Positions 36,789-45,745 of a stretch of 64,000 nucleotides of DNA are shown here, one piece after another. Made by a program: the position numbers and the translations under genes. Under the pieces are notes generated by a model. The model had not been told where the DNA came from. It saw nothing but the letters and a program-made list of their open reading frames with translations, and did not search any database. The first letter of the stretch is position 1; each line of letters starts with the position of its first letter. The DNA lies in the IMG/VR virus record IMGVR_UViG_3300005289_000052, positions 1 to 64,000 of that record, one strand, 5' to 3'.

Positions 36789-37877
36789 ATGGATCTCATT
36801 ATAAAGCCAACCGTGAAATGTAACTTCAAGTGCACGTTCTGTTCGAGCACGCACTTGTCAGAAGAACCGAAAGACATTGTCGAGTTGGCTGATATCGAAG
36901 CCTTCTTGAAGCGTTACCCCGACACCCGGACCATCATCGTTAACGGTGGTGATCCATTGATGATGCCACCCAAGTACTACTGGGACATGATCGAGATCCT
37001 AGACCGTTTGGACATGGACACTGTCATCTCCTTTACCACGAACCTGTGGGCGTTCTACAAGAAACCTGAACTGTGGGCTCCGTTGTTTAAGCTGGATCGG
37101 ATTGGTGTCAACACCTCGTTCCAGTACGGCGACAAACGTCTCAAGGGAGACGGTACTCCTCTGACTGAGGATGAGTTCATTGCGATCTCTGATCTGTTCT
37201 TGGAGAAGGTTGGGTATCGTCCAGACTTCATTGCGGTGATTGACCAAGACAACGTTGACACGGTCATCCCGACGGTAGAGTTGGCTAAGCGCCTAGGTCT
37301 GGAGGCGAAGATCAACTACGTCTCTGCATCTGGTCCTGAGGTTGTGAATCGCGGTGTGGTAATGGGGAGCATCAACAACTTCTACACTCAAGCTGACATG
37401 TACGAACAATACATCAAGATCTACGACGCAGGTCTGATGGAGTGGGAGTACAACACCAAGCAGATGTCTCGTCGCTTGAAGTTTGGTAACACGACTTGTC
37501 CTTTGGCCCGGTCCTGCGATGAAGGCATCCGTGCGTTACAACCTGGGCAGACGTACTTCTCTTGTGGTAGTTTCGGGGATGATGGCGAATACCCGATTGA
37601 CTTCCAGAAAGAGATGGCGGGTGAGTTCTTCACGCCTTTGCAAGTCGTTCCTGAATTGGATTCGATGAAAGATGCGTGCTACACCTGCCCGATGTTCAGC
37701 ATCTGTAATGGATGTCGTAAGACTGTGGCTGACACTAAACGCTTTGGACTCACGGAGTACCACTGCAAGAAGATGAAGTCACTTGCTCCACGCATCATCG
37801 AGATCAACGGCATGACGGGGTTGTTGGAACCCACCCCTTACGTTGATGAATCCGTCCAGATCATTGCAAGGGGCTAA
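36789..37877 (+). CDS. Radical SAM/SPASM protein 3 (anSME-like)
   Basis: IKPTVKCNFKCTFC, NGGDPLMM, CPLARSC, FSCG, CYTCPMFSICNGC, HC. Confidence 0.94.
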   Translation: MDLIIKPTVKCNFKCTFCSSTHLSEEPKDIVELADIEAFLKRYPDTRTIIVNGGDPLMMPPKYYWDMIEILDRLDMDTVISFTTNLWAFYKKPELWAPLFKLDRIGVNTSFQYGDKRLKGDGTPLTEDEFIAISDLFLEKVGYRPDFIAVIDQDNVDTVIPTVELAKRLGLEAKINYVSASGPEVVNRGVVMGSINNFYTQADMYEQYIKIYDAGLMEWEYNTKQMSRRLKFGNTTCPLARSCDEGIRALQPGQTYFSCGSFGDDGEYPIDFQKEMAGEFFTPLQVVPELDSMKDACYTCPMFSICNGCRKTVADTKRFGLTEYHCKKMKSLAPRIIEINGMTGLLEPTPYVDESVQIIARG

Positions 37878-37878
37878 C

Positions 37879-38070
37879 ATGGCCGCACTCACCGAAGAGC
37901 AGGCGTTCCTCCATATCCAGACCATCCTGCGTGACGAGATCGGTTACCTTCAACGTCAATATGCGCAACGTGGTCTTCAATACAACCCAATCGACATGGC
38001 CGAGTTCGAGAAACAGGTTCGTGAAAAGTTGGTTGATATCTTACTTGAATGTGGCGGGGTAGCTGTATGA
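37879..38070 (+). CDS. Small hypothetical protein in the rSAM operon
   Basis: 63 aa from MAALT; ATGA overlap with the next gene. Confidence 0.65.
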   Translation: MAALTEEQAFLHIQTILRDEIGYLQRQYAQRGLQYNPIDMAEFEKQVREKLVDILLECGGVAV

Positions 38071-38447
38071 CTCACGAAGTAAAAGACAATGTTCACCTGA
38101 TCCATGGATTGATTGACACTCAGACCGGTGCCGACCCAATCTGCGTCTACATCGACAAGGAAAGCTTGGTCGACATGTTGGAGGACATCGTTCACAACGT
38201 GGTGACAGTGCGTTACTGGATCAGCAGTAATCCGCTGAAGACTGTGGAGGAAGCAGACATGCAAACCCTCGAACAGGTCAACGGTTATCTGGATGCTGAG
38301 ATCCAACATCGTTACTCAGACATCACCGGTTACTTGTGGACCGATGAACACTTCAAGGTGGGTGGTCATGACCTGATCCCAATCTTTGAAGAGGCCGAAG
38401 AGAAGTACCTCCTACTGGAAATCACGGTCCATGAAAAGTCCGATTAA
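38067..38447 (+). CDS. Acidic hypothetical protein in the rSAM operon
   Basis: 126 aa from MTHEV; coupled on both sides. Confidence 0.75.
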   Translation: MTHEVKDNVHLIHGLIDTQTGADPICVYIDKESLVDMLEDIVHNVVTVRYWISSNPLKTVEEADMQTLEQVNGYLDAEIQHRYSDITGYLWTDEHFKVGGHDLIPIFEEAEEKYLLLEITVHEKSD

Positions 38448-39366
38448 CCTCAGTCTCAACCTGACCTACTACTGTAACTTCAAGTGTGAGTTCTGTTACC
38501 TCACGCCTGAACAGTTGCGAGATCGTCAACGTCTGCCTCTGGACATTCTGGAGCAGCAGCTAGACAAGGTCCTGGAGCAATACGACGTACATCACGTAGA
38601 CATCTACGGTGGTGAGGTCATGGTGTTGCCGAAGGACTATCTGTTCCAAGTGCGTGACATCCTTCATGCTCGAGGCATCGACGACCTGGTGTTGATCACT
38701 AACGGGTCTGTCCTCAACGAAGTAACCTCGTGTATGGACTTCGACCTGAGCATCTCCTACGACCTCACAGCGCGTGAGAGAAGCGATTGGGTACTGGGCA
38801 ACATCTTTATGCTCGATCGTCCCTTCTCGATGCTTACGCTGGCTTCTAGGAAGTTCCTGGACACGGTTACGCCTGACGACTACGTTCAAGAGCTGAACAT
38901 GCTCAATGGGATGAAGTGTGCAGAGATCAAACCGTACTCTTCAAACCAAGCCAACCAACAAAGCGTGAGTTACAAAGAGTTCGAGGACTTCGTTTGGGCT
39001 GTGATCAATCACCCTGATCGACAGTTCTACTTCGAGAACCGCACGCAAGTCAAAGAGGCGGCAGAAGGTAAGCGTAACGCTTATAGTGACGATCACCTGT
39101 ACATCACACCGAAGGGTGAGTTTGCAGTGCTCGAGTTCGATCACAACGACCATGAGTTCTTCTTAAGGATGGACTCCCTCCATGACTACCGTAACTGGTG
39201 TCAGGTCGAACGATTCCGTGTGGAGGGCAACCTGTTCTGCGGTGCGTGCCCTTACAAAGGAGGCTGCCTGTCGGAACACTTACGCGACGTGAAGTCCTTG
39301 GACAACTCCTGTAATGGATTCCGAGGACTCCTAGACAGGTGGGTAGAACATGCAGGTTCAACATAG
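38431..39366 (+). CDS. Radical SAM protein 4
   Basis: CNFKCEFC, IYGGEV, CGACPYKGGC, SC; start MKSPI. Confidence 0.92.
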   Translation: MKSPINLSLNLTYYCNFKCEFCYLTPEQLRDRQRLPLDILEQQLDKVLEQYDVHHVDIYGGEVMVLPKDYLFQVRDILHARGIDDLVLITNGSVLNEVTSCMDFDLSISYDLTARERSDWVLGNIFMLDRPFSMLTLASRKFLDTVTPDDYVQELNMLNGMKCAEIKPYSSNQANQQSVSYKEFEDFVWAVINHPDRQFYFENRTQVKEAAEGKRNAYSDDHLYITPKGEFAVLEFDHNDHEFFLRMDSLHDYRNWCQVERFRVEGNLFCGACPYKGGCLSEHLRDVKSLDNSCNGFRGLLDRWVEHAGST

Positions 39367-40354
39367 GCAGCGTTTGGAAATCACCCTCGATATCTTTCGG
39401 GGGTGTGGTCATCACTGTGTCGGGTGTATGATCGACAAACAGTTGGGTGGTGAGGTCAGCGACATTCCTGAACTACTCCAACTGATTGAGGAAATGACAG
39501 CCGTGGGTTACGTCGCCTTTGACTTAGGTGTCGGACCTACTGACTACATGTCCTCTGACAACGTTCAAGACGTGATGGGCAATGAGACCTTCCAAGCGAT
39601 GGCTCAACTGTTCCATCAGGTTACGTTCAACGCAGCGTTCTTGGAAAAGGATCTGGAGAAGTACGAAGCGATGTGCCAAGACATTGATCTGGCGTGTCCT
39701 GGTAAACCGATCCGCTTCCTGATCCCTGCTGCACCGACCTTCTTTAAGAACGAGAAGTTCGGCAACATGATCGTGCAGAAGCTCGAACACATCAAGGCCA
39801 CGTTCCAATCAGCGTTCCTCAATGAGGCAGGCTTTGTGGTGACGTGTAACCATGAAACGATGGACGAGAACTTTGACGCTAACATGCGCAATGGATTTGA
39901 TGTTGAGTTCCCTGTGGACAAAGACGACATCTTAAACATTCCGTATGGTCGTACCAAGAACCTTGACCTGATGGTGGGTCAACGGGTCAAGCGGGTCTCG
40001 CACCAGATCAGTGAGTTCTATGCAGGACTGGAAGGGGAAGACGAGCGTCGCAAGAACCCAGATTTGCACTACGACACAGGCACGATGGTTAACCTGTTGT
40101 ACACTGGTGGAAAGCTGTACTGGGTTCCCTTCCTTAAAGACGACTGTCCGTTCATACACGACGAGTTTGTCGTTCCGAGGCCCTGGACTATGGATAACCT
40201 TCTGCGCGTGCGTAACAGCGCTATGGAGCGTTCTGTGGAGTATCTCCAAGGCACCGAGTGTCTGAACTGTGTGCACTTCGCCAGTTGCATGGAGAAAGGC
40301 ATCAGTACCATCATGCAGAAGCTTTCGATTCGCGATTGCCTAGTGGGGTTGTGA
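39350..40354 (+). CDS. Non-canonical radical SAM-like protein 5
   Basis: CGHHCVGC, GVGPTD in place of GGE, C-terminal CLNCVHFASC..C. Confidence 0.75.
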   Translation: MQVQHRQRLEITLDIFRGCGHHCVGCMIDKQLGGEVSDIPELLQLIEEMTAVGYVAFDLGVGPTDYMSSDNVQDVMGNETFQAMAQLFHQVTFNAAFLEKDLEKYEAMCQDIDLACPGKPIRFLIPAAPTFFKNEKFGNMIVQKLEHIKATFQSAFLNEAGFVVTCNHETMDENFDANMRNGFDVEFPVDKDDILNIPYGRTKNLDLMVGQRVKRVSHQISEFYAGLEGEDERRKNPDLHYDTGTMVNLLYTGGKLYWVPFLKDDCPFIHDEFVVPRPWTMDNLLRVRNSAMERSVEYLQGTECLNCVHFASCMEKGISTIMQKLSIRDCLVGL

Positions 40355-41406
40355 TGTTTGCGCTCAGGATTTCCAAATCGTTTAACCTCTCCTTAGAAAT
40401 CCTTAAGGGGTGCGGGTTCAGTTGCCCTGGGTGTACAGTTGAGAAGAACTTTGCTCCCATGGAAATCCCAGAAGCAGACGCTCAGGCTCTGTTGGCTCTC
40501 GTGGATGAATTGAAAGCTGATGACTTCCGACTGTTGGAATTGAAGTTAGGTCCCACTGACATCACCAGCTCTGACAACGGCTTTGCAGCAATGCAACACC
40601 CGTTCGTTAAAGAGATGGCGTTACGGTACAAAGCTTTGAACATCAGCCACCCCATGCTTCATGATCGTGGGTTTGTGGAACTGGCTCAGTTGATTGATGA
40701 ACTGATCCCAGGTAAAAAGCTCAGCGTCGGTGTTCCAATGACGTTGAAGAATATACAGAACCCGAAATATATGGCGCTGGTTAAACAGCACATCGCGTTG
40801 TTCAAAAGTCTGCTTAAGAAAGTCGACTTCAACCGTGTGTATGCAACCTTCAACGTGATCGAAGACAACTTGGAGAACCTGTCCGTAGAGAGTTACGAGC
40901 AGGCACACCAGATGGATTTAGGTGACGTTGGGATTGTGGTGGAGTTTCCTTTCGCCCACTCTCGCCAAGGGATGGATAACTTGCTGGTGTTGGACAGATT
41001 CCGTCGGGACCTGTACCACTTCACCGAGTTCATTAAAGAACGGGCTAACACTAAAAGCTTTCGACCACTGCAACCTGCTGTGTTGAGCGGGATTGAGTTC
41101 ACGTACCGGGCTGGGTCTTTGTACTCTACTCCGGTGCTGGTTGAGAACTTGCCGATCTTCCATCCTGATTTCGAGTTACCCAAACCTTGGAGCGCATCTG
41201 AACTGATGTCGTTCTTGGAGAATCGTTACTACGATAACCTCATCGAGTTTGCAGACCACCCTGAGTGTGGGAACTGCTGCTTCCTCGACAACTGTGCTCG
41301 TGGTGATGTTCACCGCATCATGAAGCTGGTAGGACGTGACACCTGTCTGACTGGCACTAAGAACCGCTGGGACTTGATCCTAGTAGAGGATGGCCTGAAT
41401 GATTAA
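40354..41406 (+). CDS. Non-canonical radical SAM-like protein 6 (paralog of 5)
   Basis: CGFSCPGC, KLGPTD, C-terminal CGNCCFLDNC..C; TGATG overlap; start MFALR. Confidence 0.75.
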   Translation: MFALRISKSFNLSLEILKGCGFSCPGCTVEKNFAPMEIPEADAQALLALVDELKADDFRLLELKLGPTDITSSDNGFAAMQHPFVKEMALRYKALNISHPMLHDRGFVELAQLIDELIPGKKLSVGVPMTLKNIQNPKYMALVKQHIALFKSLLKKVDFNRVYATFNVIEDNLENLSVESYEQAHQMDLGDVGIVVEFPFAHSRQGMDNLLVLDRFRRDLYHFTEFIKERANTKSFRPLQPAVLSGIEFTYRAGSLYSTPVLVENLPIFHPDFELPKPWSASELMSFLENRYYDNLIEFADHPECGNCCFLDNCARGDVHRIMKLVGRDTCLTGTKNRWDLILVEDGLND

Positions 41407-41854
41407 CCCAAACGATTGCTTTGCGATCATGGATCACATACCGGTTCCAGAAGAAATGGAACTGTGGTGCATGTGTCAACCTGACAAAACCACTGTGGAC
41501 GATGATCGCATTGTCGATTACGTTTGGGACGTTCTGCTCCCCGCTCTGCGTAGCCTGCCAAACCATCCGATGGACTTGGCTAACATCCGACCGTGTGCTT
41601 ACCACGTCAATCTGTCCACCAACGGAGTAACGCCCCACAATCACTTACCGCACGCTTTAACGACGGTGCTGTACGTGACAGACGCTGATGGCGCTCTCGT
41701 CGTAGAACCGTGTTCTGAGAAGCCTCACAAGGTGTATCCGCGCCGTGGTCGCATGGTAGTGATGCACGGTTCAACTATGCATGGTGTTGAGCCTTCCTTC
41801 GACGAACAATTCCGCATCTCACTGGTCGTTAGCTATGAATTCCCAACCACATAA
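41399..41854 (+). CDS. Fe(II)/2OG oxygenase (TIGR02466-like)
   Basis: PHNH....TTVLYV, GRMVVMHG...HGV, RISLV. Confidence 0.8.
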   Translation: MINPNDCFAIMDHIPVPEEMELWCMCQPDKTTVDDDRIVDYVWDVLLPALRSLPNHPMDLANIRPCAYHVNLSTNGVTPHNHLPHALTTVLYVTDADGALVVEPCSEKPHKVYPRRGRMVVMHGSTMHGVEPSFDEQFRISLVVSYEFPTT

Positions 41855-42272
41855 GCAGTACCAAGAGCTGTACCAGATGGTGGTCACCGACCACACCGAT
41901 GACTTCTCTCTGATGGAGTTCGTTGAAGACGACGAACTGTTGGAGAATGCCAAGAACTACTTCCGTAAGGCTGAGTTCCCTCTGGTGTATCCGGCGAAGT
42001 CGATGGCCGTGGCTGTGATCTACGCCTTGCTGCTTGAAGAAACCTACGCCATCAATCCGTTTGACTCGTTGCGAGACTTGGATCTGTTCTTAGGACAGGA
42101 CCAATACTTCCACGTTTATGACGAACATCCAGAAGAGTACGATGCCTTGCTCGAATGGGTACTCAGTCACGAGAACTGGAAGGAGATGGGTTGGGCTCCG
42201 AAGACTGTGGAATACTTCCGACTGGAGTGTACCGCAGAAGGCATTCAGGAAGTCATGGAGAAACTTGGATGA
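41835..42272 (+). CDS. Acidic hypothetical protein in the rSAM operon
   Basis: 145 aa from MNSQP; coupled on both sides. Confidence 0.75.
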   Translation: MNSQPHKQYQELYQMVVTDHTDDFSLMEFVEDDELLENAKNYFRKAEFPLVYPAKSMAVAVIYALLLEETYAINPFDSLRDLDLFLGQDQYFHVYDEHPEEYDALLEWVLSHENWKEMGWAPKTVEYFRLECTAEGIQEVMEKLG

Positions 42273-42829
42273 ACATCATTCAACCGTGGGAAACACCAAT
42301 CGGTCACTCGAACTTTGGTCAGTGTCTGGACCTCACTGCTTTGAAAGACGAGATCGGTGCACTGGCGTTGATGTCTGATCAAGAGGACGGTGGACAGCGT
42401 TACGTCAACGACTACGACACCTTCCCCAACATCGTACACCTGTTGCGTGACATCATCGACCACGAAGTCAAAGACTACATCAAGAAGATGTGGGACTACG
42501 GGTTGGGTGAGTTCCGCCGTGAGACCAATGCGAAGTGGATTCCACCGGGAGAGGGCTTGTACCCGCACTACCATCCTGGCTCCCAAGTGTCGGCGATCTT
42601 CTACCCTGAGGACTCTCCTTCTGGCTTGGCGATGTTTGACCCTCGTGGTAATGCGTGTCGTGGCTATCCCAAACAGATCCGTAACCGTTACATGGCTCCG
42701 CACCTGATCTCTCCGGCAGCAGGTGATCTGTGGATCTTCCCTTCGTTCGTACAACACAGCGTCTCCTACGTGAAAGAGGATACGCGGCTTTCTATGTTGT
42801 GTGAATACTACTTCTCTGACGAGCGCTAA
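42269..42829 (+). CDS. Fe(II)/2OG oxygenase (TIGR02466-like)
   Basis: PHYHP..VSAIFYP, FDPR, GDLWIFPSFVQHSV, RLS. Confidence 0.88.
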   Translation: MNIIQPWETPIGHSNFGQCLDLTALKDEIGALALMSDQEDGGQRYVNDYDTFPNIVHLLRDIIDHEVKDYIKKMWDYGLGEFRRETNAKWIPPGEGLYPHYHPGSQVSAIFYPEDSPSGLAMFDPRGNACRGYPKQIRNRYMAPHLISPAAGDLWIFPSFVQHSVSYVKEDTRLSMLCEYYFSDER

Positions 42830-42831
42830 CC

Positions 42832-43386
42832 ATGCAACTTATCCAACCGTGGAACACGTCGATCCTCAAGGTCAACTTGGCCGACATCGTAAACCTCGAG
42901 GAGATCTCTCAAGAAATCCTCAACCTGCACTGCATCGCTCCGCAGGAATCGAAGACTGCGTACAAGGTGACTCCAGAAGAGTTCCCTGCTCTGTGCGACT
43001 TCCGTGATCGGGTTGTTACGAACCTGGTGAAGGAATACCTCAAGAAGACCATGGACTACGACTTGACCGACTTCACTGTCGACACGTTCGGTAAGTGGTT
43101 TGAAGCAGGTACTGATCTGGGTGCTCACGTTCATGGTAGTACCGGAGTCACTTCCGTGTTCTATCCTGCCGACTACGAGTCGGGTATGACCATCTACGAT
43201 CCACGTGGTAACGCTTCTCGTGGCTACCCGCGTGAGATTCGTGACTCGTATTTCTCGCCGTACTACCACGCTCCAAAAGCCGGTGATCTGCTGATCTTCC
43301 CTGGCTACTTGCAGCACTACGTTCCGACTGTAAAGGACGCACTGCGTCTGTCGTTGATCAACGACTACATGTTCAAGAGCGTCTAA
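42832..43386 (+). CDS. Fe(II)/2OG oxygenase (TIGR02466-like), tandem paralog
   Basis: AHVH..VTSVFYP, YDPR, GDLLIFPGYLQHYV, RLS. Confidence 0.88.
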   Translation: MQLIQPWNTSILKVNLADIVNLEEISQEILNLHCIAPQESKTAYKVTPEEFPALCDFRDRVVTNLVKEYLKKTMDYDLTDFTVDTFGKWFEAGTDLGAHVHGSTGVTSVFYPADYESGMTIYDPRGNASRGYPREIRDSYFSPYYHAPKAGDLLIFPGYLQHYVPTVKDALRLSLINDYMFKSV

Positions 43387-43388
43387 TA

Positions 43389-43421
43389 AGGGGAGGGCTT
43401 CGGCCCTCCTTTTATGCCGTC
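43389..43421 (+). terminator. Operon-ending terminator with trailing TTTTATGCCGTC
   Basis: GGAGGGC-TTCG-GCCCTCC-TTTTATGCCGTC. Confidence 0.88.
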
Positions 43422-43459
43422 AATCTTATGTAGACTTTCATTCCTCAAGGGGATGCCTT

Positions 43460-44137
43460 ATGTATCAAGTAACCGATCGTAGTGAGATCAAAAAGACCCA
43501 ACAGAAGCTTAAAGACCGTGGCTTCTACACTGGCATCGTTGACGGGATCTGGGGTCCCCTGTCGCAAGCAGCACTGGAAGCCTCTCAAGGTGAGAAGGTG
43601 GTGAGTCCTGCCTTTGACACCACCCGGATTATCTGGGCAACCAAGGTGTCCAAAGAGTTCATCCTGAAAGTGCGTGACATTGCCAAGAAGCTCCAGATGC
43701 CTACCGAAGGCGCTAACTGGCTGATGGCGTGCATGGCTTTCGAAACCGGTGAGACCTTCTCCCCAACCATTAAGAACGGTGCTGGTGCTCCGTACTACGG
43801 TCTAATTCAGTTCGGTGCTGCTGCTGCCAAAGATGCTGGCACTACTCTTGACGCTCTGCTCAAGATGACTGCTGAGCAACAGCTCGACTACGTGTACGCC
43901 TTCTTCAAACCGTACACCGGTAAGCTCAAGACCCTGAGCGACATCTATATGCGCATTCTTTGGCCTGCTGCTGTCGGCAAGCCAGAAGACTACGTGATCT
44001 TCGATCAGCAGGTCCGTCCTACTGCGTATGTTCAGAACAAAGGTCTGGACATCAACAAGGATGGTAAAGTCACCAAGGCGGAGTGCGCAGCCAAGGTCCA
44101 AGAAAAATACGTGCGTGGACAAAAGTTCATCGCTTAA
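43460..44137 (+). CDS. Modular endolysin: N-terminal peptidoglycan-binding domain plus lysozyme-like/transglycosylase domain
   Basis: Q..L..RGFY.G.VDGIWGP.S..AL; MAFETG, GLIQF, QLDYV..F; EF-hand-like LDINKDGKVTKAE. Confidence 0.88.
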   Translation: MYQVTDRSEIKKTQQKLKDRGFYTGIVDGIWGPLSQAALEASQGEKVVSPAFDTTRIIWATKVSKEFILKVRDIAKKLQMPTEGANWLMACMAFETGETFSPTIKNGAGAPYYGLIQFGAAAAKDAGTTLDALLKMTAEQQLDYVYAFFKPYTGKLKTLSDIYMRILWPAAVGKPEDYVIFDQQVRPTAYVQNKGLDINKDGKVTKAECAAKVQEKYVRGQKFIA

Positions 44138-44146
44138 GGAAAAGTC

Positions 44147-45706
44147 ATGGGTGCATTAGCGAGTTACTTCCCTGCGATGGAGGAGGTCGAACAAGACTTC
44201 CTTAACGCCGGGTTACTGGTAGAAAGTCGTGTTGCTTCGGAACGTGCTGACGATGACGTAACTGAACTGGGCGAGATCCATGCTACCTTAGAAGCTTTGG
44301 CTGTTTCGATGGAAGCAACTCTGGAGGCCGATCCTTGGACTCCTGTCTTCATCAATCACGCACTAGATTCCTTCGGTCGCCGCACTGGCTTGAAGCTCCC
44401 TGTGGCGTCGTTGGAAGATGCTACTGTCACCATTTCGATGGAGAGCATTGGTGGCGCTATCAAGGCCATCTGGGATGCCATCGTCAAGGCAGTGAAAGCA
44501 GCTCTTAAAGCGGTGGCTGACTTCTTCCGTCGGATCTATGAACTGGTTGCTGGTAAGCGCAAGAAGATCGAAGCAGGTTTTGCTAAGGCCAAGAAAGAAG
44601 GTGACTCCACGCCTTCCAAGCTGGCTGACACCAACAACCTGTCGAAGGTCGCTGACGCAGAGATCGAAGCTTTCAAGAAGAAGCTCAAGACCCCTGAGTT
44701 GGTTAAGTGTCGCAAAGACCAATTGGTTGCACTGACTCCAGCGGCAGCCACAGTGATCGACCGGGCTAACATCTTGGATGGCAACCAAACCATCCCTAGA
44801 GAAGAGATCACCCACGGTGGTGAGGTCATCACCCTGGTGCGCCGTGAAGACGTCAAGCGCGCCAAATACGTCAAGCTCTGCCAAGCAGGTAATGACTTCA
44901 TCGCTCACGCCAGTGTTGCCGGTATCTCGTTGGCTGGTCTGAAAGAGCATCGCTGTGAGATCAGTATCGCTGACGTTACCGAAGTGGTCTGGGAGTGTCT
45001 GTACCGAGGTAAAGAGATCCGCGAAGTAGGTAACAACACTTCGACAGCGGTTCAGGAAATCTCGAGACTGGCTATTGCAAAGCTGAAAGGATACTTCGCT
45101 AAGGATCGCAAGAACAATCCTGGCGACTTCCATTTCAGTAGCCAAAGCGACGCTATGAATGCTGAGGTGTTGGCCAAATTCGAAGCGATTCGCAACGAGT
45201 TCAAAAGGATCACCGGTAAGGATGGTTGGATTCCTGCTGGTCGACGTGTGGTTAAGTTCCTGGAACCCAAGAACGTTTATCACTTGTTCCCTGAGTCCAA
45301 TGCGATGCCCGAGCTTGCCAAGTTCACCGAGAACGAAGTCTTGCTGAACATCCCAACTTGGTCTGAAGCCAAGAAGGCCTCTGATGGTGTAACCTCGCTG
45401 TTGATCCTCAACACGCAGAAGGACATCATCACCGTCATCAACATCGGCTTTGACCGAGCGTTGGATGAATGGAACGCAGCCATCAAGTGGGTTGGTGAAC
45501 AAGGGTATGGCGACAAGACCCCAGTAGTCACCAAGTACTTCACGGACTACTGCAAGCTGTTCTTCACTGATATCCAAACTCAGTACAACCGTTTCCTGCG
45601 CTCACAACTGGCAATGGAAGGTACGGCGATTCAATGGGCTAACGTTCTGTCTGGCACCATGGCTCGTTTGGCTGATGCCAAATCTCTCGTTGAGGAAATT
45701 GCTTAA
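44147..45706 (+). CDS. Inner-head/ejection protein (phiKZ gp93/gp162 paralog-family-like)
   Basis: Acidic propeptide with SMEA, SLED, SMES, then amphipathic IKAIWDAIVKAVKAALKAVADFF. Confidence 0.72.
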   Translation: MGALASYFPAMEEVEQDFLNAGLLVESRVASERADDDVTELGEIHATLEALAVSMEATLEADPWTPVFINHALDSFGRRTGLKLPVASLEDATVTISMESIGGAIKAIWDAIVKAVKAALKAVADFFRRIYELVAGKRKKIEAGFAKAKKEGDSTPSKLADTNNLSKVADAEIEAFKKKLKTPELVKCRKDQLVALTPAAATVIDRANILDGNQTIPREEITHGGEVITLVRREDVKRAKYVKLCQAGNDFIAHASVAGISLAGLKEHRCEISIADVTEVVWECLYRGKEIREVGNNTSTAVQEISRLAIAKLKGYFAKDRKNNPGDFHFSSQSDAMNAEVLAKFEAIRNEFKRITGKDGWIPAGRRVVKFLEPKNVYHLFPESNAMPELAKFTENEVLLNIPTWSEAKKASDGVTSLLILNTQKDIITVINIGFDRALDEWNAAIKWVGEQGYGDKTPVVTKYFTDYCKLFFTDIQTQYNRFLRSQLAMEGTAIQWANVLSGTMARLADAKSLVEEIA

Positions 45707-45745
45707 CGGCATAAAGGGAGGGCCGAAGCCCTCCCGTTTATGCCC
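45706..45745. terminator. Bidirectional hairpin with GGCATAA/TTATGCC flanks
   Basis: ACGGCATAAA-GGGAGGGC-CGAA-GCCCTCCC-GTTTATGCCC. Confidence 0.85.

Noticed and set aside
31839-43386. rSAM operon as queuosine/7-deazaguanine, molybdopterin, NrdG or PQQ pathway
   Set aside because: No FolE/QueD/QueC/DpdA, MoaC, NrdD or PqqB/C genes; the multiple SPASM-type tails and Cys/His-tailed neighbour fit peptide modification better (not excluded without assays)
44363-45577. 404-aa - strand ORF (and similar ones at 29773..30999 and 54490..55674)
   Set aside because: Antisense shadows of well-supported genes
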